Assembly (NCBI GenBank): GCA_965223705.1
Contig: OZ245015.1
Coordinates: 160,001 to 224,000, forward strand
Source: Myxococcota bacterium
GTDB taxonomy: Bacteria; Myxococcota_A; UBA9160; UBA6930
DNA: 64,000 nucleotides
Direction: 5' to 3'
Shown here: positions 22,633 through 32,031 of the stretch, in pieces
How positions within the stretch are numbered: the first letter of the stretch is position 1
How the letters are laid out: each line of letters begins with the position of its first letter
Translations under genes and position numbers: made by a program
The notes under the pieces: model-generated
Seen by the model: only the letters and a program-made list of their open reading frames with translations
Database searches by the model: none
Told to the model about the DNA's origin: nothing

Positions 22633-23235
22633 TTACGCCGGCGCGACGTCGTCGCTCGCGTCGCCGCCTTCTAGGTGGCGCGCGCAGTTCACGCGGTGGA
22701 GCGTCCACGGTGGCCCATTGACTTCGGTGACCGACGTGTTCGTCCACGGCCCCTCGAAGCCGGGGCCTTCTCCTACGAGATGCCGCTGCACAAAGGCCCG
22801 ACAGACCAAGCCGTGGGTCACCACCACGACCAAGCCCGGCGCTTCAACGGCGCGGGCCGTCACCGTATCGAACGCACGGGCGGCGCGGTCGAAGAATGCA
22901 GCCCAGGTTTCGCCGCCCGGCGGCGACGCGTCTTCGGCCATGGGGTCGAACCCGAGTTCCGCATAGGGACGCCCACGCCACGCTCCGAAGTTGCGCTCCC
23001 GAAGCAGCGGCTCGATCTCGAGCGACGCGCCGGTCGCGGCCACGACGGCCTCGGCGGTCATTCGCGCGCGTTGGTAATCGCTCGAGATGACGAGATCGAT
23101 CTCGGCGTCTCGAAGGCGTTCGCCGAGCTGCGCCGCTTGCCAGAGCCCTCGTTCGGAGAGCGGTTCTTCGGGGTGCTGCAGAATGCGCGACGCGTTCGCC
23201 GCGGTCTCCCCGTGACGCACGATCCGGAGTTTCAC
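22633..23235 (-). CDS. Histidine phosphatase family protein
   Basis: RHGET, LRE..FG.W.G, VTHG. Confidence 0.92.
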   Translation of the reverse strand: MKLRIVRHGETAANASRILQHPEEPLSERGLWQAAQLGERLRDAEIDLVISSDYQRARMTAEAVVAATGASLEIEPLLRERNFGAWRGRPYAELGFDPMAEDASPPGGETWAAFFDRAARAFDTVTARAVEAPGLVVVVTHGLVCRAFVQRHLVGEGPGFEGPWTNTSVTEVNGPPWTLHRVNCARHLEGGDASDDVAPA

Positions 23236-23609
23236 GAAACGTCCCCTATATACAGAAGCCCGGCGCGAGCCCGAATCTCGACGCGGCGCGGGCCGTCCGC
23301 GTCGTCACGCCACTGGAGAACCAGGCGGTCGGGCGCCGTTTCGACGACCCGGTGGAGAGGCTGGCCGAGGAGCTTCCACCAGGGCTCTTCCTCGTCGAGC
23401 GAAGCAAAACTCCCACGGGCGACGTCGGTCGATTGGGTCTCCGCCGTCAACTGGCCGGCCGGGCCCGAAACCTCGATGATTCCCAGGTCGAAGGTCAGCC
23501 GAAGCCCGCGCAGTACAGAAAAGCGCCGCGCGCGATCGACTTCTCCCTCGCTGCGGAGCAGTGTTCCGCGGTTGGACGCCACCTGCTCGAACAGCGCCGC
23601 CGTTGTCAC
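23232..23609 (-). CDS. Hypothetical protein
   Basis: GTG start overlapping upstream stop, GGAGG RBS, coupled to neighbours. Confidence 0.55.
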   Translation of the reverse strand: MTTAALFEQVASNRGTLLRSEGEVDRARRFSVLRGLRLTFDLGIIEVSGPAGQLTAETQSTDVARGSFASLDEEEPWWKLLGQPLHRVVETAPDRLVLQWRDDADGPRRVEIRARAGLLYIGDVS

Positions 23610-25180
23610 TGCGCCTCCTCCGCTTCTCGTTGCCCCTCCCATTGCGCGAGCCGGGCTGCGAGTTCCTCTTGATAGCGCAACGTCTCGGGGTCGGAGTGCG
23701 TCACCATCGCGGGACCTCGCCCAATCGAGAGCGCCATTTCCGAATCTTTCGTGAATGTGGTCCAAGGTACTCCGAGCAATCCCGGATCACCCTCCGTCGC
23801 GAAGCGCGTCCACGCTCGGACGACGGCGCGCGACGTGCCGTGGGCAGCCGCCGCGGGAGCGAAGATCGGTAGAAATGGGCCCCGGCGCAACGCCCCGAAG
23901 ACGAACGGCACGTCGATGCCGTGGCACGCCCCGAGTCGGTCGCGAAGCAGGGGGTGTCGCCAGTCGAAGCGATACAGAAAGGTACGGCCCCCCGTTTCCG
24001 AGTGAGCGCGCGCGAGCTCGAGCGCGGGTTTGGCGAACACCCGATCGCGCTGAAACGCACACCACGCTTCGAGGGGTGCCGCGAGCTTTCCCTCGGTTCG
24101 CGCGAGATAGAGCTTCTCGGCGCGGTCCACCCAGTCGCGTGCGTCATCGAGGGGTTGGAGTACGGCATGCAGGCGATGACGCAAACCGGCGACATCGAGC
24201 TTCAAGAGCTTCCGCTGGCCCAACGTGAAGAGCTTCCACTCGTCGGCGTTCGTGCCGATCACGATCTCTTTGTCGGCGAGGGCGCCGCGGCGCAGCGCAT
24301 CGAGGGGGTGCTCCGCCAACCATTCGCCATCGACGACGGGTTGCCAAGGTAAGCGTCCGGCTTCAAAGCCCATCTTCATCGCTACAGCGCGCTGGGCTTC
24401 GAGCACCCGGCTGGTCCCGAGCTCGCGGAGGCCCCGCGTGTCTGTCGGGGCGAGCGAAGCGGCATCGAACCAAGCGCCGACCATGCGGCGAGCGCGCGCG
24501 GGCGATGACACATGGTGGGCCGCGCCGCTCTGCAACACGGCACGGCGGAACAGCGGCCGTGCCTCGGGAACACCCAAAAGTGCCGCGACGCTCATCGCGC
24601 CGGCAGATTCACCAAAGAGCGTCACCTCAGCGGGATCGCCGCCGAACGCGGCGATATTCCTTTTCACCCACGCAAGGGCCGCGACCTGATCCCGAAGTCC
24701 TAAGTTCGGCGCCCCGAACTCGTCACCCAACCGAAACCCCAGGAAACCCAGAGCGCCGAGCCGGTAGTTCAGCGTGACGACGACGACTCCGCCGTCCCTG
24801 ACGAGTGCGTCACCTCGGTAGAGCGGCGACGAGCCCGCGCCGAACACGAAGGCGCCGCCGTGAAGCCACACCATCACCGGGCGCCTCCCCCCGGTGCAGC
24901 TCGGCGTCGTAACCTGGAGCGACAGGCAATCTTCTCCGGTAGCTCCACGCCCGAGGCCCAACCACGTGGAATTGAGAATCGAGGGCGCTCGTTGGGGTGC
25001 GTACGGCCCCGGCTGATCGGATCGACGCACACCGGTCCACGGTGCGACGGGGCCTGCGGGCGCGAAGCGCCCGACACCGCCGGTGTCGGACGCGTAGGGG
25101 ATCCCGACGAACCGGGTCACGCCGCCGACACGCCGACCGGCGACACGCCCCGTTTCGATTTCCGTTTCCTCCCACGCCAT
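23606..25180 (-). CDS. Type-B carboxylesterase
   Basis: EDCL, HGGAF, NYRLG, FGESAG, HG.D. Confidence 0.93.
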   Translation of the reverse strand: MAWEETEIETGRVAGRRVGGVTRFVGIPYASDTGGVGRFAPAGPVAPWTGVRRSDQPGPYAPQRAPSILNSTWLGLGRGATGEDCLSLQVTTPSCTGGRRPVMVWLHGGAFVFGAGSSPLYRGDALVRDGGVVVVTLNYRLGALGFLGFRLGDEFGAPNLGLRDQVAALAWVKRNIAAFGGDPAEVTLFGESAGAMSVAALLGVPEARPLFRRAVLQSGAAHHVSSPARARRMVGAWFDAASLAPTDTRGLRELGTSRVLEAQRAVAMKMGFEAGRLPWQPVVDGEWLAEHPLDALRRGALADKEIVIGTNADEWKLFTLGQRKLLKLDVAGLRHRLHAVLQPLDDARDWVDRAEKLYLARTEGKLAAPLEAWCAFQRDRVFAKPALELARAHSETGGRTFLYRFDWRHPLLRDRLGACHGIDVPFVFGALRRGPFLPIFAPAAAAHGTSRAVVRAWTRFATEGDPGLLGVPWTTFTKDSEMALSIGRGPAMVTHSDPETLRYQEELAARLAQWEGQREAEEAQ

Positions 25181-25245
25181 CGCTCCGACTGTAGAGGTCC
25201 GGAGCGATGCGAGCATCTGCGGCGCGCTGCCGCTAAACAGAGAGG

Positions 25246-26334
25246 GTGAGCGAGCGGATTCTCAATTTCAGCGCCGGGCCGGCGATCCTCCCGGAGGAGG
25301 TCCTGGAAGAGGCCCGAGAGGCGATCTGGAACCTCGACGGCACAGGCATCGGTGTTCTCGAACACAGTCACCGCGGCAAGGCGTTTTCCCGGGTGGTGGC
25401 GGACACCGAGGCGTCGTGCCGAGCCCTCGCGGGCATCGGAGAGGACTACGCCGTCGTGTTCTTGCAGGGCGGCGCCTCGCTGCAGTTCGCGATGTTGCCG
25501 GCCAACTTTTTGCCCGACGGCGGTGTCGCCGACTATCTCGACACCGGGAGCTGGTCCAAAAAGGCCATCGCAGAGGTCGCGCACTACGGAACGGCGCATG
25601 TCGCCGCAACGTCGAAAGACGCGAACTACAGCTACATCCCCGGCCCGTCCGAGCGCGCACACAGCGAGTCGCCCGCCTACATCCACTTCACCTCGAACAA
25701 CACCATCTTCGGTACCCAGTGGCACGCGGAGCCGGAAGCCGTGGGTGGCGCGTGGCTCGCGTGCGATACGTCGAGCGACATGTTCTCACGTCCGATCGAC
25801 GTTGCGCGCTACGGCCTGATCTACGCCGGCGCGCAGAAGAACCTCGGTCCCGCAGGCGCCACGCTGGTCATCATTCGGCGCGATCTCCTCGAGCGCGTGG
25901 CGCGCGAGCTTCCGACGATGCTGCGCTACACCACGTACGTCGAAAACGATTCCCTCTACAACACCCCGCCGTCGTTTTCGATCTACGTGATGGGCCGCGT
26001 CTTCGCGTGGATCGAGCGCCAAGGCGGCCTCGCCGCGATGGCCGAACGCAACGAGCGGAAGGCCGCACTCCTCTACAAGGCGCTCGACGCGAACGACTTC
26101 TACACCGCGACCGCACGCCCCGACAGTCGCTCGCAGATGAACATCACGTTCACCACGCCCTCGCCGGAAACCGACCAACTGTTCCTCGCCGAAGCCGCGG
26201 CCGAGGGCTTCGACGGATTGAAGGGCCACCGTTCCGTCGGTGGAATGCGTGCCAGCGTGTACAACGCATTCCCGGAGCGCGGTTGCGAGAGCCTCGCTGC
26301 GTTTATCGCACACTTCGCTGCGCGCCACGGTTAA
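25246..26334 (+). CDS. serC: Phosphoserine aminotransferase
   Basis: NFSAGPA, SHR, GAQKNLGPAG, GHRSVGGMRAS.YNA. Confidence 0.97.
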   Translation: MSERILNFSAGPAILPEEVLEEAREAIWNLDGTGIGVLEHSHRGKAFSRVVADTEASCRALAGIGEDYAVVFLQGGASLQFAMLPANFLPDGGVADYLDTGSWSKKAIAEVAHYGTAHVAATSKDANYSYIPGPSERAHSESPAYIHFTSNNTIFGTQWHAEPEAVGGAWLACDTSSDMFSRPIDVARYGLIYAGAQKNLGPAGATLVIIRRDLLERVARELPTMLRYTTYVENDSLYNTPPSFSIYVMGRVFAWIERQGGLAAMAERNERKAALLYKALDANDFYTATARPDSRSQMNITFTTPSPETDQLFLAEAAAEGFDGLKGHRSVGGMRASVYNAFPERGCESLAAFIAHFAARHG

Positions 26335-28854
26335 GTGAACTCCGATACGGCTCCGCTTTTGCGTCGCGTCCCGTTGGGCGCGGCCCTGAGCGATCCCGGT
26401 GCGATCCTCGACCGATTTCTCGATTGGGTGAACGAGACCGGCATCGCACCCTATCCCGCACAAGAAGAAGCACTCCTCGAGTTGATGGACGGGCATCACG
26501 TCGTGCTCAACACACCCACGGGTTCCGGGAAATCGCTCGTGGCGCTCGGCCTTCACTTCAAGGCGATGTGCGAAGGGCGACGCTCCTTCTACACCGCCCC
26601 CGTAAAGGCGTTGGTGAGCGAGAAGTTCTTCAATCTGTGCGAGCTCTTCGGCGCGAGCCAGGTCGGCATGCTGACGGGCGACGCGAGCATCAACTGGGCG
26701 GCACCCATCATTTGCTGCACCGCCGAAGTCCTCTCGAACATGGCCATCCGCCAAGGCGAGCGCGCCGACGCGCCGTACGTCGTGATGGACGAGTTCCACT
26801 ATTACGGCGATCCGGAACGCGGCGTGGCTTGGCAAGTACCCCTGCTGATCCTCCCCGGTACGACCTTCCTGCTGATGTCCGCGACCCTGGGCAATACCGC
26901 CGCCATCGAAGAGCGCCTTCGCGCGGATACCGGACGCACCGTGAGCCACGTCTTCTCGGACGATCGGCCGGTGCCGCTCGACTATGCCTACCGCGAGACG
27001 AGCCTTCACGAGACCGTGGAAGAGCTCTGCGCGGAAGGACGCTCGCCGGTCTATGTGGTGAGCTTCACGCAGCGCGACTGCGCCGAGTTCGCCCAGGCGC
27101 TGACTTCCGCGAAGCTTCTCGATCGCGACGCCAAGCGCGAGCTCACGGCCGAGCTCTCGGACTTCTCCTTCGACAGTCCTTACGGAAAGAGTATCCGTCG
27201 GTTCTTGTCCCACGGCGTGGGCCTTCATCACGCCGGGCTCTTGCCGAAATATCGACTTCTCGTCGAACAGCTTTCGCAGCGCGGCCTCCTCCGCGTGATT
27301 TGTGGCACCGATACCCTCGGCGTCGGTGTCAACATTCCTATCCGCACCGTTGTGTTCTCGAAGTTGTCGAAGTTCGATGGGGAGAAGCTGCGCCTCTTGA
27401 ACGCCCGGGAGTTCCATCAGATCTCGGGTCGGGCCGGCCGCAAGGGCTTCGACGATCGCGGAAGCGTGGTGTGCCAAGCACCGGAGCACGTCGTCGAGAA
27501 CAAGCGCGCTCGGGGCAAGCCAGGCGCGGCGCGGCGCCCGAAAAAGAGGGCTCCCCGAGACCAAGTCCCCTGGAACGAACAGCAGTTCGAACAGCTGATC
27601 GCGCGACCGCCGGAGACCATGCGCTCCCAGTTTCGCGTGAATCACGGCATCCTGGTGAGTGCGCTGCAGCGCGATCCCGAGATCACCGGACCTCGCGGTG
27701 CCTACGCCGACCTCATCGATCTGATCGGCCGCAGCCATGAAAGCGAAGCGGGTAAGAAGCGGTTGCGGCGCGAAGCCGCGCAGCTCTTCCGCGCGCTCCG
27801 GGGCGCGGAGATCGTTCGGCTCGAACGCAGTGCGCGCGGCGTTCACGTCGTGGTCGACGCCGACTTACAGCGCGAGTTCTCGCTGCACCACACGTTGTCC
27901 CTGTTTCTGGTGGAAGCGCTCGAGATCCTCGATCGCGGCGATTCCGCCTACGCCTTCGATCTTCTGTCGCTCATGGAGTCCATCCTCGAAAACCCCCGCG
28001 CCATCCTCTACGCGCAAGAGCGCAAGGCGAAGTCGGATCTCGTCGCCAAGCTCAAAGCGAAGCGCGTTCCGTACGAAGAGCGGATGCGACGCCTCGAGTC
28101 CGTCACCTACCCGAAGCCCAACGCGAAAGAAATCTACGCGGCGTGGAACCTTTTCGCCGAGCACCATCCGTGGGTTGGGCAGGAGAACATCCGCCCCAAA
28201 TCCATCGCGAGAGAAATGGCGGAGCGGTTCTACCGCTTCGAGGATTACGTCAAGCTCTACCGGATCGAGCGCGTGGAGGGGCTCCTCCTTCGCTACATCT
28301 CCGATGCGTACGGCACCTTGCTGCGCACGGTGCCCGACGCGGCCAAGACCGAAGACGTCCTCGACATTCTGGCGTATCTCCGCGACCTCATCGCACGTGT
28401 CGACTCGAGCCTCCTCGAAGCCTGGGAAAGTCGGCTGACCGGCGCGGTGTCAACCGACGTCAAGGAGACCGAAAGCGCGCGGAAACCCCCGGCGCCACCG
28501 AGTCTTCGGGAAATTCGGGCGCGCGTGCGCGCGGAGCTCCATGCGCTCGTTCGCGCGTTGGCCGAAGAAAACTACGAGGAGGCGGCGACGCTCCTCCGAC
28601 CGGGCGAAGACGCGTGGACCGCTGCCGAGATCGAGGAAGCACTCGACCCGTTCTTCGACCGCTACGAACGGCTCCGCAGCGACGGCGAAGCGCGTCGCGC
28701 CGATCGGACGGTCGTGAAGCCCGTCGACGCGCAGCATTGGAACGTGGTGCAGGTCCTTTGTGACCCCGAGGATGACAACACCTGGTTCCTCGAAGGCGAG
28801 GTCGACCTCACCGTCGACGGGCCGGGCATCACGCTCCGAAGGATCGGCCAGTAG
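26335..28854 (+). CDS. Ski2-like DEAD/DEAH helicase (DUF3516-type)
   Basis: PTGSGKS, DEFH, SAT, HHAG, QISGRAGR. Confidence 0.92.
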   Translation: MNSDTAPLLRRVPLGAALSDPGAILDRFLDWVNETGIAPYPAQEEALLELMDGHHVVLNTPTGSGKSLVALGLHFKAMCEGRRSFYTAPVKALVSEKFFNLCELFGASQVGMLTGDASINWAAPIICCTAEVLSNMAIRQGERADAPYVVMDEFHYYGDPERGVAWQVPLLILPGTTFLLMSATLGNTAAIEERLRADTGRTVSHVFSDDRPVPLDYAYRETSLHETVEELCAEGRSPVYVVSFTQRDCAEFAQALTSAKLLDRDAKRELTAELSDFSFDSPYGKSIRRFLSHGVGLHHAGLLPKYRLLVEQLSQRGLLRVICGTDTLGVGVNIPIRTVVFSKLSKFDGEKLRLLNAREFHQISGRAGRKGFDDRGSVVCQAPEHVVENKRARGKPGAARRPKKRAPRDQVPWNEQQFEQLIARPPETMRSQFRVNHGILVSALQRDPEITGPRGAYADLIDLIGRSHESEAGKKRLRREAAQLFRALRGAEIVRLERSARGVHVVVDADLQREFSLHHTLSLFLVEALEILDRGDSAYAFDLLSLMESILENPRAILYAQERKAKSDLVAKLKAKRVPYEERMRRLESVTYPKPNAKEIYAAWNLFAEHHPWVGQENIRPKSIAREMAERFYRFEDYVKLYRIERVEGLLLRYISDAYGTLLRTVPDAAKTEDVLDILAYLRDLIARVDSSLLEAWESRLTGAVSTDVKETESARKPPAPPSLREIRARVRAELHALVRALAEENYEEAATLLRPGEDAWTAAEIEEALDPFFDRYERLRSDGEARRADRTVVKPVDAQHWNVVQVLCDPEDDNTWFLEGEVDLTVDGPGITLRRIGQ

Positions 28855-28856
28855 CG

Positions 28857-29429
28857 CTACGCCCGCGCCGCTCCGCGTTGGCGTTGAATGTCGAGCAATC
28901 CGTCACTGCCGATGCGGAGCGGCAGATTGACGAGGTTGTAGTAGTTCTCGAGTGCGTTCATGACGGTCACCTCCGCGATCTCGCGATCATCCAAGTGCTT
29001 CCTCAGCTCTTCGAAGGTCGCGTCCGAGACCTCTCGATGGGCCGCGATTTCGTCGATGTAGCGGAGCACGGCGCGCTCGCGATCCGTAAAGACGGAGGCG
29101 TCCTCCCATTCGAACAGCGCCTCGAACTTCTCCATCCCGAGTTTCGCCATATACGCCTGAGCCATCGCGATGTCTGCACAGAACGTGCAGCCGTTCGCGA
29201 GCGCGACCCGCGTGTGGATCAGCAACGCGAGCTCCTCGGAGATCTTGAGCCCGCGCATCTGCAACATGATCCAGGACCAAGCGACGTTCCACATACCGGG
29301 AATTCGGTTGTAGACGACGCGCGCCGGCTGGATCACGCGTCCGAGTTGTCGCTTCATCATGAAGCTCATGAAGCGTGCACGAAGGGTCGGCGGGGTGTCG
29401 ATCGGTTTCAGTCTCGGGGTGGGTTCCAT
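28857..29429 (-). CDS. Carboxymuconolactone decarboxylase/AhpD-family protein
   Basis: NGCTFC motif, FTDRERAVL. Confidence 0.85.
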   Translation of the reverse strand: MEPTPRLKPIDTPPTLRARFMSFMMKRQLGRVIQPARVVYNRIPGMWNVAWSWIMLQMRGLKISEELALLIHTRVALANGCTFCADIAMAQAYMAKLGMEKFEALFEWEDASVFTDRERAVLRYIDEIAAHREVSDATFEELRKHLDDREIAEVTVMNALENYYNLVNLPLRIGSDGLLDIQRQRGAARA

Positions 29430-29448
29430 ATTGAGTCTCCCGTTGGCG

Positions 29449-30918
29449 TTAGTGGGTGGGTGCGCTTGTTACGAGGGCACCGAGGCGCGCAATCCCGTTC
29501 GCGATCGTTGCCTCGTCGGCGCAAGCGACGGAGAACGACGCCGCGTGGTACGGTGCCGGCCCTCGGAAGAAGAAGCTTCCCGGGGTGTACGCGATGCCGG
29601 CGTCGAACGCGCGGGTATGAAGCTCCACGGGATCGATGGCGTCGGGAAGTTCGACCCAGATCTGGTTTCCGCCGGCGGGCGGCCACGCCCGCGTGCCGGC
29701 CGGGAAGAACTGCGAGACCGCGTCACGGAACACTTCGATCCGTCTCGCGTACACGATTCGCACGCGCCGGACGTGACGGGCCAAGCCCTCGTCGGTGAGC
29801 AAGCTGCAGAGCCCCCGCTGCATCAGCGCTGAAGGCGCAAACTGTGCGAGGAGCTGCATCCCGGAAACCGCCGGCACCAGCGCCTCGGGCACGACGACAT
29901 ACCCGAGCCGCAACGACGGAAAGAGCACTTTCGAAAATGTCCCGACATAGAGGACCGCGGCGTGGGAGGCTTCGGAGGCCAAGGCGGTAACCGGTTCGTC
30001 GCTGTGGCGGAGCTCGTTGTCATAGTCGTCTTCGAGGATCGGCAGCTGGTGTTCGGCGGCGAGTTCGAGCAGAGCGCGCCGCCGGTCGGGGCTCAGTTGC
30101 GCGCCGGTCGGCGATTGCACCGCGGGGGTGACATAGAGGAGCTTCACGCGGCGGCGGCGGAGCAGGCGCGCCAGCGCGTCGACGTCGATGCCTTGGCGAT
30201 CGACGCGGACCCCGACCCACTCGGCCTGTGCCGCCCGGAGCGCCAGGTGCGCGCCGAAGTACCCGGGTTCCTCCATGGCGACGACGTCACCCGGCTCGAG
30301 CAGCACGCGGGAGATGAGATCGAGCCCGGCTTGGCCGCCCGATGTGACCACCACCTGGTCTGCATGGCACCGCAAGCCACGAGCGAGCAGGGAGGCTGCG
30401 ATGTGTTGGCGCAGGGTCGGCCATCCCTGGGGGTCGAGCTCGTTCGCGAATTCCTGGAGCCCTTCGGACGAAAACGCCTGCGCGAAATGTTGGCGCAGGG
30501 TGCGGGCGGGTAGAAGCGACGGGTCGACGCGCCCGCCCCGGAAATCGAACTCGGCGGAGCGGCCGGGCTTTACCGCGCGCCTCAACGACTCGATGCCGAG
30601 CGCTTTGACGCGCGACGCGAGGAGGCCGCCCCAGGCGTAGCTCGCCTCGGAGGCGGTGGGCGGCGGCTCGGAGGCGGCGCGCACGAACGTGCCCTGACCG
30701 ACGTGGGAGGTCACGTGCCCTTCGTCGCGGAGGCACTCGTAGGCCAGGTTCGCCGTGGTCCGAGAGATGCCGAGGCCCTCGGCTACCACCCGAGTGGAGG
30801 GGAGCTTCATTCCCGCGGACCACCGACCGACACGGATCAGCTCGGAGAGATAGTCGGCGAGTTGTCGGTAGAGCGGGCGTGAATCCCCTCGCTGAGGGCG
30901 AAAAGCGAGCTCGTGCAT
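29449..30918 (-). CDS. MocR/GabR-family GntR regulator with PLP domain
   Basis: PLYRQL, LPSTR HTH, EDDYD, GTFSK, LRLGY. Confidence 0.93.
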   Translation of the reverse strand: MHELAFRPQRGDSRPLYRQLADYLSELIRVGRWSAGMKLPSTRVVAEGLGISRTTANLAYECLRDEGHVTSHVGQGTFVRAASEPPPTASEASYAWGGLLASRVKALGIESLRRAVKPGRSAEFDFRGGRVDPSLLPARTLRQHFAQAFSSEGLQEFANELDPQGWPTLRQHIAASLLARGLRCHADQVVVTSGGQAGLDLISRVLLEPGDVVAMEEPGYFGAHLALRAAQAEWVGVRVDRQGIDVDALARLLRRRRVKLLYVTPAVQSPTGAQLSPDRRRALLELAAEHQLPILEDDYDNELRHSDEPVTALASEASHAAVLYVGTFSKVLFPSLRLGYVVVPEALVPAVSGMQLLAQFAPSALMQRGLCSLLTDEGLARHVRRVRIVYARRIEVFRDAVSQFFPAGTRAWPPAGGNQIWVELPDAIDPVELHTRAFDAGIAYTPGSFFFRGPAPYHAASFSVACADEATIANGIARLGALVTSAPTH

Positions 30919-31029
30919 GCATATAGAGTTGCCCATACCAATTGTTCTGTATAGATCCAATTGGCATTTTGTCGAAAGGTCCAATCCGCTTGCGGCGAAT
31001 GGCGACCGCTGTGGGTAAGCTGGGCGTCC

Positions 31030-32031
31030 ATGAGATTTCTGGGTGTGCGCAGTGCGTGGATTGTGGCAGCGGTTGCCGGCGTCCTGGCCGTGTCAGTGGC
31101 CGGGCCGGCGCGGGCGGCCCTGGTCGACGGAATCGCGGCCCAGGTCGGCGACGACGTCGTGCTGCTCTCCGAGGTCCTGCGGACCGCCTCCTCCGTGGCG
31201 CAACAGATCGAGGAGCAGGGCGGCTCGCCGGACGACTTGGCGCAGGTCCACCGGGAGGCCCTCGATCGTCTGATCGAGCGCGCGCTGGTTCGTCAAGTCG
31301 TGCGGCGCGCTGAGCTCATCGCGAGCGACTCTGAAGTCGACGACGCGATCGCCGGCATCGCCGACGAGAACAACATCACGATCGACCAGTTGCAACGAAG
31401 CGTCGAATCCCAGGGGCTCCCCTACGACGCGTATCGCGAGAAAATTCGCGACGAGATCGAACAATCGCGGGTGATCTCCGCCATGGTGACGTCCCAGATC
31501 CGCATCGACGACGAAGAAGTCCGGGAGATCTACGAAGCCGAATACGCAGGCCGCGGTGGCCAGGGCGTCGAGGCGCGCATCCGCCAGATCCTGATCCCTC
31601 GAGCCGGCAACCCAGAAGCGTGCGAGCAGGTTCGGGCCGCACGCGATCGCGTCTTGGCGGGCGAGCCCTTCGATCTCGTCGCGTCCCAGACGTCCTACAT
31701 CAATCCCCAGCGCGGTGGCGATCTCGGGTGGACCCCGATCCGCGACCTCGCCCAGTGGATGCGCACCATCGCGGAAGATCTTCCCGCCGGCACCATGAGC
31801 GACGTCGTCGAGCTCGATCACGCGTGCACGGTGCTTCTCGTCGAGGCGCGCCAGGACGCCTCGAAACGCACGCTCGAAGACGTGCGACCGGAAATCGAGG
31901 GGCAGCTCCGCAACCAGCGCTCCGAGGGGAAGTACCGGGAGTTCATCGAAGAGATCCGGGGTCGCACGTACATCGATCGGCGCATCAACTTCGATCCCGA
32001 AGACTTCCGCAGCGATTCCCGCACGTTTTGA
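31030..32031 (+). CDS. surA: SurA-like chaperone/peptidyl-prolyl isomerase
   Basis: Signal peptide, VDGIAAQVGDDVVL, GGDLGW parvulin motif. Confidence 0.8.
   Translation: MRFLGVRSAWIVAAVAGVLAVSVAGPARAALVDGIAAQVGDDVVLLSEVLRTASSVAQQIEEQGGSPDDLAQVHREALDRLIERALVRQVVRRAELIASDSEVDDAIAGIADENNITIDQLQRSVESQGLPYDAYREKIRDEIEQSRVISAMVTSQIRIDDEEVREIYEAEYAGRGGQGVEARIRQILIPRAGNPEACEQVRAARDRVLAGEPFDLVASQTSYINPQRGGDLGWTPIRDLAQWMRTIAEDLPAGTMSDVVELDHACTVLLVEARQDASKRTLEDVRPEIEGQLRNQRSEGKYREFIEEIRGRTYIDRRINFDPEDFRSDSRTF

Noticed and set aside
30930..30965. CCAATTG repeats upstream of the MocR regulator
   Set aside because: Probably an ordinary autoregulatory site; too short to support more.
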